Assembly (NCBI GenBank): GCA_002269645.1
Contig: NIVC01000920.1
Location: 62,001 to 126,000 of the forward strand
Direction of reading: 5' to 3'
Length of the DNA stretch: 64,000 nucleotides
Source of the DNA: Macrostomum lignano
Lineage: Eukaryota
Shown: one piece after another, positions 33,873 through 48,600 of the stretch
Position numbering within the stretch: position 1 is the stretch's first letter
How the letters are laid out: every line of letters starts with the position of its first letter
Program-made: the position numbers and the translations under genes
The notes under the pieces: generated by a model
The model's input: the letters and a program-made list of their open reading frames with translations, nothing else
What the model was told of the DNA's origin: nothing
Database searches by the model: none

Positions 33873-36800
33873 TCAGTCAGCAGCAGCAGCGGCCGGCACC
33901 CCAGCAGCGGTGATCCAGTCGGCCAGCCGCTGCAGGCCCTGGCTGGTGGCTCCCCGAGCTCGGAGGCGGTCGGCCAGGCTGGCCAAGCAGCGGTCCCAGT
34001 CCAGCCGGCCGTCCAGCATGTCGGCGGCCACCCGATAGACGAAGCGGCCAGCCAGCAGCCGCGGCAGCCAGTCCAGCAGGCGGTCGTCCTCCCCGGCGCT
34101 GGAGTGCGCCTGCAGGAAGAGCATCAGCGAGACAATGTGAGCCTGGAAAGCGTTGAACTGATGCAGCAGCTCCAGATAGACGGACTTCGAGCGCTGATGA
34201 GAGGAGACCTGAGCCCGTCGATGCGCGGGCTGGCGTAGCAGTCGAAATCCACGGTCGAACCGGCGCGTTTCTTCGGCGGGCCCTCGTCCTCCTTGTCATC
34301 ATCATTGTCGGAGTCCTTGGAGGCGTCGTGTCGCAGCAGGCACAGCGCCAGCAGCGCTCTGGTGACGCAGCGGCTCCGCCGATCACCGCCGTTCAGCGAC
34401 AGGCGCAGCAGGTGCAGCGCGAGCCGCAGCCGCTGGCTGCCCGCCAACTTCTCCGGCAGCAGCGCCGTCAGCTGCTTGTCGGCATCCTCGGACGCGTCTA
34501 TGTGTTCCAGCGCGCATCGCCACGAGTCCGCTGACGGGCAGCGATGACGCCGCGTCGAGAGCTTGACTGGCACCTGGAGAACTTCGGTGCCGCTGCGAAC
34601 GTACTCAATCACCTGCAGCTTGTTTGAATCCTCTTTATTGTCCTCCTCTTTATTGTCCTCTTGGCTGCTGGGATCAGAACTGTCGATGCGAAAGTTCTCA
34701 AGCGAGTAGGCGATGGAGCGGAGAGCTCGGGTGGACTCGAACAGGCCGGGCAGGTTGGGATGCTCAATGCCGATTGGCAAGATCACCCGCTGGTACAGCA
34801 GGGCGTCGATGAAAAACACCAGCTTTCGCCGACGCCGATGCGAGTCGGTCAGGGGCGCCGGCGCGGCCTCAGGGAATTCGATTTTAGCACTGTCGGCGCC
34901 CAGACGGAGCGCTTCGTGCTCCGGTTTGAGCTGGTAGTGGCGCAGCGAGGCGTCAAAGCGTGACATGAGCTCCGGCTGCAGGCGCCGCCTCAGCTCGGCC
35001 AGACACTCCTCCGCCAGTTCGAACCGGTGAGTCCAGCGAATCGACTCCGTGATGGCTCCGTGACAGTCGTAGCCGCGGATGCCAAGAGTTCGGCGAGCTT
35101 CGGCCGCCTCATTCTCGGACACGTAGTCATTGCCGGCCAGGCTCGCCCACAGGGCTGTGAGCTCCGGCCGGAGGGCCAGGTTGTTCAGCGGCTTCAGGCG
35201 GCAGGCCGACTGAAGTGCGAAATTGGTTTGGCAGCTCCGAGACTCTGCTTCTGGCTGCGGAATTATCTGGCTTTTGCTGCTGCTATTAACTTGTTCACTC
35301 TCCCTCACACTACTTCCATTCTCTACCCCTCACTCTATTTCAATACTCTACTCCTCACTCTCCTCTTCACTCTACTCCTCACTCTACTCCTCCTCTACTC
35401 CTCACTCTACTCCTCACTCTACTCCCTCACTCTACTTCCATACTCTACTCCCCACTCTACTTACTCTTCTCTCTCACTGTTCCGCCTCGCTCTACTCATT
35501 CACTCTACTTCGTCTACTCCCTCACCCCACTCACTCTACGCCACCCTCTACTCCCTTATCTCTACATTCCCCTTCAAAGCGGCCGGCAGCTCGCCCACCT
35601 GCTGATAAATGCAGCAGCGCATGAAGCTCTCTCCTGACGACAGTGCCTCGTCCGAAAGGTCCAGGCTGTCGGACGGGATGACCCCGCCAGGCAGGGGTAC
35701 AGGAAGAAATCGCTGTCCCCAGTCAACAGCGGGCAGCCCAAACGGCCGGCAAGGGTTGCGGACTGAAATTTTTAAAAAAGCAAAAAATCGCATTATACTA
35801 CTGATACATAAAATCCATATACTCATATCGCCCGGACCTGCTCGTCAGCGTCTCCAGTGAGCACGGTGGCCACGGGAAAGCCGCGATCGACGGCAGCCTG
35901 ACCGAACACATCGTAGGTGAGAATCGGCAGCAAGCGATTGCGCGGATCGGGCCGGCCAGTTTCCAGCAGCTGCTTGCAGCTGGCGGCGCGATCTGCCATG
36001 CGGCGCAGCTGCTGGCGGATCTTGCCGCCTTTCCAGTCCTGCGCGTGGGGAGTGGGTGGGCGAGCGATAAGGCTGGGCAGCAGCGGGGAGTGGGGTGGGT
36101 GAGCGATAAGGCTAGCTGGGCAGCAGCGGGGAGTGGGGTGGGCGAGCGATAAGGCTGGGCAGGAGCGGGGAGTGAGGTGGGGGAGCGATAAGGCTGGACA
36201 GGAGTGGGGTGGGCGAGCGATAAGGCTGGGCAGCAGCGGGGAGTGGGGTGGGTGAGCGATAAGGCTAGCTGGGCAGCAGCGGGGAGTGGGGTGGGTGAGC
36301 GATAAGGCTAGCTGGGCAGCAGCGGGGAGTGGGGTGGGCGAGCGATAAGGCTGGGCAGGAGCGGGGAGTGAGGTGGGGGAGCGATAAGGCTGGACAGGAG
36401 TGGGGTGGGCGAGCGATAAGGCTGGGCAGCAGCGGGGAGTGGGGTGGGTGAGCGATAAGGCTAGCTGGGCAGCAGCGGGGAGTGGGGTGGGCGAGCGATA
36501 AGGCTGGACAGGAGCGGGGAGTGAGGTGGGTAAGCGATAAGGCTAGCTGGGCAGCAGCGGGGAATGGGGTGGGTGAGCGTAAGGCTGGGCAGGAGTGGGG
36601 AGTGGGGTGGGCGAGCGATAAGGCTAGCTGGGCAGTAGCGGGGAGAGGGGTGGGTGCCCTGGAGTAGAAACTCAGTTCGTTTTTTTGAAGAACAATTTTT
36701 TGTATTGAAAAAGAAGCTAAAAACGTTTTCAGCACCTTGGCGCCATCGAACACAAACAGAGGCTGAATTCCGCAGCGCTGGAATTTATCAAACAGTCGCT

Positions 36801-36975
36801 GCAGTCTGTCAGCGTACAGGTCATACTCTCCGCCGTAATCGTAGGTAAAATTATACAAAAAGTGAACAAAATTTGCGGCGTCAATCACTAAGCGACAGTT
36901 GGCCAGTCTGTGCTGGGTGACGCCGCGGTTCTGAGCGTTGCGTACGATGTATCCCGTGAGGCCGCGGACTCCCAT
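33873..36975 (-). CDS. ASTE1: Asteroid/ASTE1-like XPG-family PIN nuclease, 4 exons, two 1-nt frame breaks
   Basis: MGVRGL..LVIDAAN..YGGEY..VFDG; GDADEQ; GCPLLTGDSDFF; LAGNDY. Exons 36975-36736, 36038-35838, 35762-35599, ~35254(or 35209)-33873; one base missing at ~35695 and ~34215. Confidence 0.85.
35290..35570. repeat. (CTCTACTC)-type degenerate repeat
   Basis: Pyrimidine-rich repeats filling ASTE1 intron 3. Confidence 0.85.
36045..36655. repeat. 39-43-bp G-rich minisatellite (GGCGAGCGATAAGGCTGGGCAGCAGCGGGGAGTGGGGTG)
   Basis: Tandem units filling ASTE1 intron 1 up to the acceptor. Confidence 0.92.
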
Positions 36976-37009
36976 TACGGCTGCGGGACGGACAGTGTCG
37001 GGGCGATTC

Positions 37010-39250
37010 AGACGAGTCTAAGGGCGATTCTAAATGCAGTCTGAGGGCGATTCTAAATGCAGTTTGGGGCAATTCTAAAAGTAGTCTGAGGGAGATTCTA
37101 AATGCAGTCTAAGGGCGATTCTAAATGCAGTCTGAACGCGATTCTGAAGAGTCTAAGGGCGATTCTGAATGCAGTCTAAGGGCGATTCTAAATGCAGTCT
37201 AAGGGCGATTCTGAAGAGTCTGAGGGCGATTCTAAATGCAGTCTAAGGGCGATTCTAAATGCAGTCTAAGGGCGATTCTGAAGAGTCTGAGGGCGATTCT
37301 AAATGCAGTCTAAGGGCGATTCTAAATGCAGTCTAAGGGCGATTCTAAATGCAGTTTGGGGCGATTTTAAATGCAGTTTGCCACGATTCTAAATACAGTC
37401 TGAGGGCGATTCTAAATGCAGTCTAAGGGCGATTCTAAATGCAGTCTAAGGGCGATTCTAAATGCAGTCTAAGGGCGATTCTAAATGCAGTCTAAGGGCG
37501 ATTCTAAATGCAGTCTGAACGCGATTCTGAAGAGTCTAAGGGCGATTCTGAATGCAGTCTAAGGGCGATTCTAAATGCAGTCTAAGGGCGATTCTGAAGA
37601 GTCTGAGGGCGATTCTGAAGAGTCTGAGGGCGATTCTAAATGCAGTCTAAGGGCGATTCTAAATGCAGTCTAAGGGCGATTCTAAATGCAGTTTGGGGCG
37701 ATTTTAAATGCAGTTTGCCACGATTCTAAATGCAGTCTGAGGGCGATTCTAAATGCAGTCTGAGGGCGATTCTAAATGCAGTCTAAGGGCGATTCTAAAT
37801 GCAGTCTGAGGGCGATTCTAAATGCAGTCTAAGGGCGATTCTAAATGCAGTCTAAGGGCGATTCTAAATGCAGTCTGAACGCGATTCTGAAGAGTCTGAG
37901 GGCAATTCTAAATGCAGTCTAAGGGCGATTCTAAATGCAGTCTAAGGGCGATTCTAAATGCAGTTTGGGGCGATTTTAAATGCAGTTTGCCACGATTCTA
38001 AATGCAGTCTAAGGGCGATTCTAAATGCAGTCTGAGGGCGATTCTAAATGCAGTCTGAGGGCGATTCTAAATGCAGTCTAAGGGCGATTCTAAATGCAGT
38101 CTGAGGGCGATTCTAAATGCAGTCTAAGGGCGATTCTAAATGCAGTCTAAGGGCGATTCTAAATGCAGTTTGGGGCGATTTTAAATGCAGTTTGCCACGA
38201 TTCTAAATGCAGTCTGAGGGCGATTCTAAATGCAGTCTGAGGGCGATTCTAAATGCAGTCTAAGGGCGATTCTAAATGCAGTCTGAGGGCGATTCTAAAT
38301 GCAGTCTAAGGGCGATTCTAAATGCAGTCTAAGGGCGATTCTAAATGCAGTCTGAACGCGATTCTGAAGAGTCTGAGGGCAATTCTAAATGCAGTCTAAG
38401 GGCGATTCTAAATGCAGTCTAAGGGCGATTCTAAATGCAGTTTGGGGCGATTTTAAATGCAGTTTGCCACGATTCTAAATGCAGTCTAAGGGCGATTCTA
38501 AATGCAGTCTGAGGGCGATTCTAAATGCAGTCTGAGGGCGATTCTAAATGCAGTCTAAGGGCGATTCTAAATGCAGTCTGAGGGCGATTCTAAATGCAGT
38601 CTAAGGGCGATTCTAAATGCAGTCTAAGGGCGATTCTAAATGCAGTCTAAGGGCGATTCTAAATGCAGTCTAAGGGCGATTCTAAATGCAGTCTAAGGGC
38701 GATTCTAAATGCAGTCTGAGGGCGATTCTAAATGCAGTCTGAGGGCGATTCTAAATGCAGTCTAAGGGCGATTCTAAATGCAGTCTGAGGGCGATTCTAA
38801 ATGCAGTCTGAGGGCAATTCTAAATGCAGTCTAAGGGCGATTCTAAATGCAGTCTGAGGGCGATTCTAAATGCAGTCTAAGGGCGATTCTAAATGCAGTC
38901 TAAGGGCGATTCTAAATGCAGTCTGAGGGCGATTCTAAATGCAGTCTAAGGGCGATTCTAAATGCAGTCTAAGGGCGATTCTAAATGCAGTCTAAGGGCG
39001 ATTCTAAATGCAGTCTGAACGCGATTCTGAAGAGTCTAAGGGCGATTCTGAATGCAGTCTAAGGGCGATTCTAAATGCAGTTTGGGGCGATTTTAAATGC
39101 AGTTTGCCACGATTCTAAATGCAGTCTGAGGGCGATTCTAAATGCAGTCTAAGGGTGATTCTAAATGCAGTCTGAACGCGATTCTGAAGAGTCTAAGGGC
39201 GATTCTGAATGCAGTCTAAGGGCGATTCTAAATGCAGTCTAAGGGCGATT
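37010..39250. repeat. 23-bp satellite (TGCAGTCTAAGGGCGATTCTAAA), ~2.2 kb, with higher-order structure
   Basis: 23-bp period; variant units recur at 477-bp spacing. Confidence 0.96.
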
Positions 39251-39633
39251 TTAAAGACATTGCGTGCAATAAGTACTTGTGGCTTTTAACTCAAGTTATG
39301 TGAAAATACGTTCGTAGTGCCAGAAGAATCTGCAGAAGGCGTGTCAATTTTTTATTTAAAAACTCCATAAAATCTCCTTTTAGCCATATAAAAGTGAAAA
39401 AAATGAATAAATTGAGAAAAAATTTGGACAAACAATCAGCGGAGAAAATCTAAGCTGATTTCTAAGAAATATTGGGTATTTCAAAAACTTAAGGCGCTTA
39501 CTTTAGAAAGGGTAAAACACAGCTGTTTCTTTTATCTATGTAGTAATATTTGCCACTTGCTACTTAATTCAATGAACAGTAGTTTTTAAAAAATCGTTTA
39601 ATCACAGAAAGAAAACGTTCAATTTCGAAACAT

Positions 39634-42600
39634 TCACTCATCATCGCTCGGACGTCTGGCCAGTCCGAACGAGGCAAATCGTCCCGACTGCAGCAGAACA
39701 ACCGCGGCTGACGAACCCGCCAGCAGTCGAACCAGTTTAGCAGCACCGGCTGTTTGAAACCGGCACAAAGGTTTGGCGCCCTGCCAAATTCTGAGGGTGC
39801 CATCCAGCGAGGCTGTGACCGATATGCCAGCTTCTGCTGCTGTGTCCAGACAGGCCATCTTGATATAATAAAGCAGAGATGCAATATTAGCTGGTTGAAA
39901 TACTCTTTACTGATCAGCATCTCCAACCCCTAAAAATACACCAACAAACCTTTGTAATGCCTTTAGTACACCTATCTATCAAAATGGGTATCGCTAAAGG
40001 TACATCAATTAACATCTCTATCCCTAAAAGTACACCAAAAACGTCTGTAATCCCTTAAAGTACACCAATTTATCATCTCTAATCTTGAAAAGTACACAAA
40101 TCAACATATTCTAATGGTTAAAAGTACATCAATCAACATATCTAATGGCTAAAAGTACATCAGTACATCTCTATCCCTAAAAGTACATCAGTCAAAATCT
40201 CTATCGTTAAAAGTACACAATAAAATTCTTACTCTATAAAGTGCATAAAAACCTCTTATCCTTAAAAGTACAACCCATCAAAGGCCTAAAAAGCCATAGA
40301 AACGCACCGGACTCTCTCCAGCCTCCAGCCGCATCAAGCAGTCAAACTGCGCATCCTCGGGCAGCCAACGCCAAAACCCGGCGCGACCGTCAGCGCCGCA
40401 GGTGGCAACCAGGCAATCGCGTAGGCATCGCACACTGGCCACGCCTCCAGCCGCTGACGAATGAGCGCCGAGTGCAACTGTCAGAAATTTTCTGCGATTG
40501 ATAGTTCTAGTTTTCGAAGTTGTCGCCGCAACAGAAGAAGCTTTTAGAGCCGTGGGCAGCACGGCTGCCACTCTGTAGGCATCCAGTGGCTGTAGAAATG
40601 CAGTCATTAAGTTGGCGGATTAAGTATGAGCGAGTTCCACCAAAAACAAAAAACGGCCCTTTTAAGGGTATTATTTTATTTTAACAACCTTAACTCTAAC
40701 CAGGCCCTCACGGGGTGTGAATCGCACGACAACCCTTTTAACCAAAGCCTTGCCTGAAAAGCCAGCAGGTCACCGCTCCGCAGCCCAATAACTGCAGCGG
40801 CTTCGCTGTCGGCGAAAAACTGCACGCAATCTTCGCTAGAAATTCCTCCAGCAGACGCGATGCCGGACTTCAAAGGCACCGCCGAGCCTTTGGCGGCTCG
40901 GTCGCCTCGAGCGTCGACAAGGGACCACACGGAGAAGCTGTGCAGGCTGTTCAGCGATATCGCATGCCGAGAGTCCGGTGAGAGAACCAACTCAGGTGCG
41001 GTGACTGGATAAATTGTAGGGATAAAACAATAAAAAACTCCCTATGGTAGAAATGCTTCAAGGGTTCTTTTATGCTCGAAATCTTAACAAGATGAGTGAC
41101 TGGATTCAATAGAATATGAATAGTTTAGTTACACTGGAGTGGAAATTATTAGATTGGAATATTTGGATTAGAGCGGAATTCAATTGGATTGGATTGGAAT
41201 ATTTTGGATGGATTGGATTGGATTGAATCGGATTGGAATAGGTTGGGTTGGATTGGAGTGGGTTGGAATGGATTGCAATTTAATTGATTGGAATGCAATG
41301 GATTGGAATGGAATGGAGTTGATTGCAATTGAATTTATTGGAATGGAATGGATTGGAATGGATCGGAATGGAATGGAATGGATTGCAATTGAATTGATTG
41401 GAATGGAATGGATTGGAATGGATTGGAATGGAATGGAATGGATTGCAATTGAATTGATTGGAATGGAATGGATCGGAATGGATTGGAATGGAATGGATTG
41501 AAATGGAATGGATTGCAATTGAATTGATTGGAATGGAATGGATTGGAATGGATCGGAATGGAATGGATTGGAATGGATTGGAATGGATCGGAATGGAATG
41601 GATTGGAATGGATTGCAATTGAGTTGATTGGAATGGAATGGATTGCAATTGAATTGATTGGAATGGAATGGATTGGAATGGATCGGAATGGAATGGATTG
41701 AAATGGAATGGATTGCAATTGAATTGATTGGAATGGAATGGATTGGAATGGAATGGATTGAAATGGAATTGATTGGAATGGATCGGAATGGAATGGATTG
41801 AAATGGAATGGATTGCAATTGAATTGATTGGAATGGAATGGATTGGAATGGATCGGAATGGAATGGATTGGAGTGGATTGGAATGGATCGGAATGGAATG
41901 GATTGGAATGGAATGGATTGCAATTGAATTTATTGAAATGGAATGGATTGGAATGGAATGGAATAGATCGGAATGGAATGGATTGCAATTGAATTGATTG
42001 GAATGGAATGGATTGGATTGAAATGGAATGGAATAAATTGGAATGGAGTGGAATGGAACCGACAGGATTTTATCGCTAATTGCATTGGATATTTTGACAA
42101 AGCCTATTCAGAATAACGGTAGAAATAGTTTCCTGAGCAAGTATTTTCTGCACTGTCTCAGAAATTGTACTGATCCAGAGATCAAGCTCCAAGACACGGA
42201 CTCACCCTGTTTAGCAGCCCCCAATCCAGCGCCAGGGAAGTCCACAGTCTGAACCAGCTGCAACGCCTGGCCACCATCGCCAGCCCCAAGCTCGTACAGG
42301 TGGCAACGCCTGGCGCCACCAGCTGCCTCAATCAACGCCAAATGGCTCCCGGTCGCTCGAATCCAACGCAGCCCGGCTGACAAGCGTCGCTTCGAAGTCA
42401 TTCGACGCCGTTTCAGCAGGTGAAACACAACTACAGCAGCCTTGGCGCTGTCACAGTCGTCTTCCACGGCCTCCTTGACAAGCAGAGCGGCAAGCGGTTG
42501 CTGTTCAGACACGAGAATAGCTACGCCAATTAACCTGAGATGACTCCGTTTGCCTACAGGCGCTCTTGAAGACGGCGAAGCTCCGTTCTGTTCGGCGAGC

Positions 42601-45600
42601 ATGTCCGTGGCTGAGCTCATGCTGGCCGCCTCTCTGGACACCTGCGAGTTCGATTTATATAGCAATATTAAAGTGAGATTTCACCTCGCGACAGGCTAGG
42701 ACTGACTACTGACTAGTAGTCACTTTTGACTGAATATTTCTAGTAATAGTTAGCTGGTATTATTTTAAAACATTGTTCACGAAATAAACTTAACTTAAGC
42801 TATGTGATCTGATTTGGGATCTGTGCTATGGAATTTGAGCTATGGGATCTGTGCTATGGGATCTGAGCTATGGGATCTCAGCTATGGGATATCAGCTATG
42901 GGATTTGAGCTATGGAATCTGTGCTATGGGATCTGAGCTATGGGATTTGAGCTATGGGATATCAGCTATGGGATTTGAGCTATGGGATCTGAGCTATGGG
43001 ATATCAGCTATGGGATTTGAGCTATGGGATCTGAGCTATGGGATCTGAGCTATGGGATATCAGCTATGGGATTTGAGCTATGGAATCTGTGCTATGGGAT
43101 CTGAGCTATGGGATTTGAGCTATGGGATATCAGCTATGGGATTTGAGCTATGGGATCTGAGCTATGGGATATCAGCTACGGGATTTGAGCTATGAGATCT
43201 GAGCTATGGGATCTGAGCTATGGGATATCAGTTATGGGATTTGAGCTATGGGATTTGAGCTATGGGATCTCTGCTATGGGATCTGAGCTATGGGATTTTA
43301 TATGGGATCTAAGCTATGAGATTTGAGCTATCGGATCTGAGGTTTATAATCTGAGCTATGGGGCATGAGCCCAACAAGCATGGCAAACAATGCCCACCTG
43401 CCAATAGGCAGCCACACCAGCAGGCTGATGAATGACCACAACAACAGACTCGCTCGATTGTCCTCCTTGAACGCCAGCATCCAGCGGATGCGCTGCAACT
43501 GCCGGGTCCGCACTCCACCAATTCGATGGATTTTCATCGCCCAAGTCTCCGATCAGGCCGCCGACGCCCCAGGAGGTCAGCACGCGCCCGCAGTCGCGGC
43601 TGACAACGCCGAACAAGACAGCCAAACTTGTCAAAGGCAGCGCAAGGCTGAGCACTTCTCCAACCGTAGGAAACGTCCGCAGCAGAGTGCGTCGATCAAC
43701 CGACCAAGCCTGAACTTCGCTTAGAAATCCGACAAACAGAATTCGATCCTGACGGTCTACCTGACCGCACCTGGCAGGCTCTGCACTGCCGAAATCAATC
43801 CTCTCCGCCCTGGCTCGCCGACCACCTGTCAGTTTGCCAATCGACTCGAATCGAATCGATTTCTCGCAAACAAAGTAGATCCGATTTTCGGTGACCAGCG
43901 TCTCCATGGCAACGGTGGCACTGCTTGCGTCGGTCCAGTCAAACAAGCGGCCGTTGCCGGCGAAACGCAACGGTCGAATTCGATCGATCAGGTAAAACGC
44001 TGGCCGACAATCCGGACAAACTATCGCGGATTTGACAATTGCGTCATTGCCTTGTCCGGTTGTCATGGGAACCAGTTTGAGCAAGCCTTGAAAACAATCG
44101 CTATCAGGCTGTTCCAGAAAGATTCGATCAACTGCAAAGGCCTCCAACTCGCTAGCAGAGGAAGTCAGCGATGCCAATTCCAAGCAGAGACTGGCGGAGT
44201 CCGAGGCTGCGGTCCAAGCGATCAGGCAAGTCCGCGAGTCCACAAAGCAGGCGCCAGCCGGAACTGGGAAGTCTCGGTTTCTCAACGCGCAGCTCTGAAT
44301 CGGATTTGCTGACTCAGCATCGACAACAAGCAGCTCGTCTTCCACTGGCAAACGGAGCAGAATGCTCAAACGACCAGCAAAGTCGCTTGCAATCAAGCCA
44401 AACTGCTGCTTTGCTGGCAGACTTTCTTCGGAAGGAAATTTCCTACAGCTGTCAGCTCGATCGGTTTCCAAGTCTTCGTCGATTTCGTCCGTCTTCTGTT
44501 TATCGTCGATTTCATCGATTTCTCGTCTATTGTCGACTTCGAGAAGCCGTCTCAGCAGCGGCCTTGCAGACTTGACATCCCAGACTGTGAGCAGGCCGCA
44601 GTCTCCACTAAGTGTCACAATTGAATCAGAGTTGGGACAAACAAAGAAGCCGCCATTGTCCATCTCGGTGGATAATGTTTCAGCACGCGTTGTCAAGCGG
44701 CCTAGCAACCGATCAACGTCTGGCTCCCAGATCTCTAGGGCGTCGGTGGCGGTGAAGCTGCTTGCCGACGGGGTCGAGGTGAGCACCACTACTGAGCGAC
44801 CGTCGGAGCTTGCGCAGATGACGCGGCTGACGACGCGGTAGCCATCGAGTGCACTGCGGGTTAGCGAGTGTGCCTTGCAGCGATAAAATGACAATGGAAG
44901 CTAAAGTTTTGTCATGGTAGCCAATAGTTGTCATGAAGGCTATGGTTACTATGGTATCTAAAATTTCCACAGTAAATATGGGTTGCTATGATAGCTAAGG
45001 GTTGCTACGGTAGTTAAGGTTTCATATGGTAGCTAAGGGTTGCTACGGTAGTTAAGGTTTCATATGGTAGGTAAGGGTTGCTACGGTAGCTAAGGTTTGC
45101 TATGGTAGCTAAGGGTTGCTACGGTAGCTAAGGTTTGCTATGGTAGCTAAGGGTTGCTACGGTAGCTAAGGTTTGCTATGGTAGCTAAGGGTTGCTATGG
45201 TAGCTGAGGGTTGCTGTGGCAACTTAGGGTTGCTACGGTAGCTAAGGTTTGCTATGGTAGCTAAGGGTTGCTAAGGTCGCTAAGGGTTGCCATGGTAGCT
45301 AAGGGTTGCTACGGTAGCTAAGGGTTGCTACGGTAGCTAAGGGTTGCTACGGTAGCTAAGGGCTGCTACGGTAGCTAAGGGTTGCTATGGTAGCTAAGGG
45401 TTTCTATGGTAGCTAAGGGTTGCCATGGCAGCTAAGGTTTGCGATGGTAGCTAAGGGTTGCTATGTAAAAATATTGCTTCCAGATTAGATTGCAATGGCA
45501 TAGCAATTTCCATAGCAATTTTGTTGCTATGGAAACCTAGGTGTAGCAACTAATGAATAAAACACTAGCGCGAACCAACCTCATCAGCTGCAGACCATCC

Positions 45601-48600
45601 TGTACCGAGGTCACCGGCACGCACGCATTCAGAGGCACCATCGCCGCCTCATCACCTTCAACGAAGTGGCCTTCAGATGCGGCAGCCATGCGAGCATCTT
45701 GAACCAATCGCATTGTCCAAAGACCTTCCACCGCCACAGCGTCACAGCGAGCCAGAAGCTCCGCCGGCAGAGACAGCCGCTGAGCATCGCCAGGAGTCGC
45801 AGCTGCCAGAATCGAAGCCAAGACTTCAAACAGCCGTTCAGATTCGAAGTCCCTACGAGCCGCGATCCGGCAGTCTTCTAGGAGAGCGCGCAGGCCAAGC
45901 GCTCTCTGCTTAGAGACCAGCCAGTCCAGATTAAAGCACACTTTGGATTTGTAAGCCTGCAGAAGCAGCTCCGACTGGTGCAGATTTGCTGCCTTGTCGG
46001 CCAGGTTTGACTTGGCAGAGCTGATCCGTGCGGACACACAACTGTGGGGTTTATTTCGACAATTTAATCAGCTGTGTTAATGCTCCATAAAATTTGATAT
46101 TCATTGCTGAAGTTAAATGATCAGATAAACACAGACAGACACACTTTGTGTCCTAGCTCATAAGACACAGACACACTTTGTGTCCTAGCTCATAAGGCAC
46201 AGACACACTTTGTGTCCTAGCTCATAAGGCACAGACACACTTTGTGTCCTAGCTCATAAGGCACAGACACACGTTGTGTCCTTGCTCATAAGGCACAGAC
46301 ACACTTTGTGTCCTAGCTCATAAGGCACAGACACACTTTGTGTCCTAGCTCATAAGGCACAGACACACGTTGTGTACTTGCTCATAAGGCACAGAAACAC
46401 TTTGTGTCCAAGCTCATAAGGCACAGACACACTTTGTGTCCTAGCTCATAAGGCACAGACACACGTTGTGTACTTGCTCATAAGGCACAGAAACACTTTG
46501 TGTCCAAGCTCATAAGGCACAGACACACTTTGTGTCCTAGCACATAAGGCACAGACACATTTTGTGTCCTAGCTCATAAGGCACAGACACACTTTGTGTC
46601 CTAGCTCATAAGACACAGACACACTTTGTGTCCTAGCTCATAAGACACAGACACACTTTGTGTCCTAGCTCATAAGACACAGACACACTGTATCCCAGTA
46701 GACACCTGCCGTACCCCGAGCCGCATTTCATCGGTTCCTCGGCAGACCAAAGCCACGACCGCAGTCTCTCGCTAAGCAGCATAGGAATGAGTCGATAGTA
46801 ACGGTTGCTAGGGGAGCAGGAGCTCACAGCTTCACAGAGCCGATCGATCAGTCTGTCAGTCTCCTGACTGCAAAGGTAGCGATCCGCGGCGACCGCCGTC
46901 AGTGCTGGGTGACACCAAGCGATCAGCGGCACCCCGGCGTCCTCTCCCAGAGTGACAAGGTAGCCGCGTGCGTCCCGCCGGAGCCTGGCCCACCACAGCT
47001 GGACATTGGAGCATGAAGACTGGACATCGGCCAGGAACGCCATCAGCTCGGACTCCGAGATGCCGCCGCCGATCTGGGGCAGACGGAGAGTTCGAAAGAT
47101 ATTCTAAGAATTCAAAAAGCCACTCTGGCTCAACGCTTTCGGCAATTCTACCCACTCCGCTGACTCCTGAGCGCATGCAAGCGCGACAATACTGTGCGCA
47201 CGCACAGCACTCATGCACACGCTTACACAGGGTGTACAGCTGCCCTGACTTTCTGTGTACACCCTCTGTGCCTTGGGGGGGGGGCATCACAAACCCGAAA
47301 AATCACAAATCCGAAAAGCGCTTTCCATCACAAACCCGAAATATCATAACTCCAAAATATCATAACTCCAAAAGTTCTAACAATGTCCAACACTATTTTG
47401 GTTTTCGGATTTGTGATTTTTCGGGTTTGTGATATTTCGGGTTTGTGATATTTCGGGTTTATGATAGTTCGGGTTTGTGATAGTTCGGGTTTGTGATAAT
47501 TCGGGTTTGTGATACAATATTTCGGGTTGTGATACAATATTACGGGTTTGTGATATTTCGGGTTTGTGATAGTTCGGGTTTGTGATATTTCGGGTTTGGG
47601 ATATTTCGGGTTTGTGATACAATATTTCGGGTTTGTGATACAATATTTCGGGTTTGTGATATTTCGGGTTTGTGATATTTCGGGTTTGTGATAGTTCGGG
47701 TTTGTGATACAATATTTCGGGTTTGTGATACAATATTTCGGGTTTGTGATATTTCGGGTTTGGGATATTTCAGGTTTGTGATATTTCGGGTTTTGATATT
47801 TCGGGTTTGTGATAGTTCATGTTTATGATACTTCGGGTTTGTGATAGTTCGGGTTTGTGATAGTTCGGGATTGTGATACAATATTTCGGGTTGTGATACA
47901 ATATTTCGGGTTGTGATACAATATTTCGGGTTTGTGATATTTCGGGTTTATGATAGTTCGGGTTTGTGATATTTCGGGTTTGTGATATTTCGGGTTTGTG
48001 ATACAACATTTCGGGTTTGTGATATTTCGGGTTTGTGATATTTTGGGTTTGTGATATTTCGGGTTTGTGATACAATATTTCGGGTTTGTGATACAATATT
48101 TCGGGTTTGTGATATTTCGGGTTTGTGATATTTCGGGTTTGTGATATTTCGGGTTTGTGATATTTCGGGTTTGTGATAGTTCGGGTTTGTGATAGTTCGG
48201 GTTTGTGATAGTTCGGGTTTGTGATAGTTCGGGTTTGTGATACAATATTTCGGGTTGTGATACAATATTTCGGGTTTGTGATATTTCGGGTTTGTGATAT
48301 TTCGGGTTTGTGATATTTCGGGTTTGTGATATTTCGGGTTTGTGATAGTTCGGGTTTGTGATAGTTCGGGTTTGTGATAGTTCGGGTTTGTGATACAATA
48401 TTTCGGGTTTGTGATATCTCGGGTTTGTGATATTTCGGGTTTGTGATATTTCGGGTTTGTGATAGTTCGGGTTTGTGATAGTTCGGGTTTGTGATACAAT
48501 ATTTCGGGTTTGTGATACAATATTTCGGGTTTGTGATATTTCGGGTTTGGGATATTTCAGGTTTGTGATATTTCGGGTTTTGATATTTCGGGTTTGTGAT

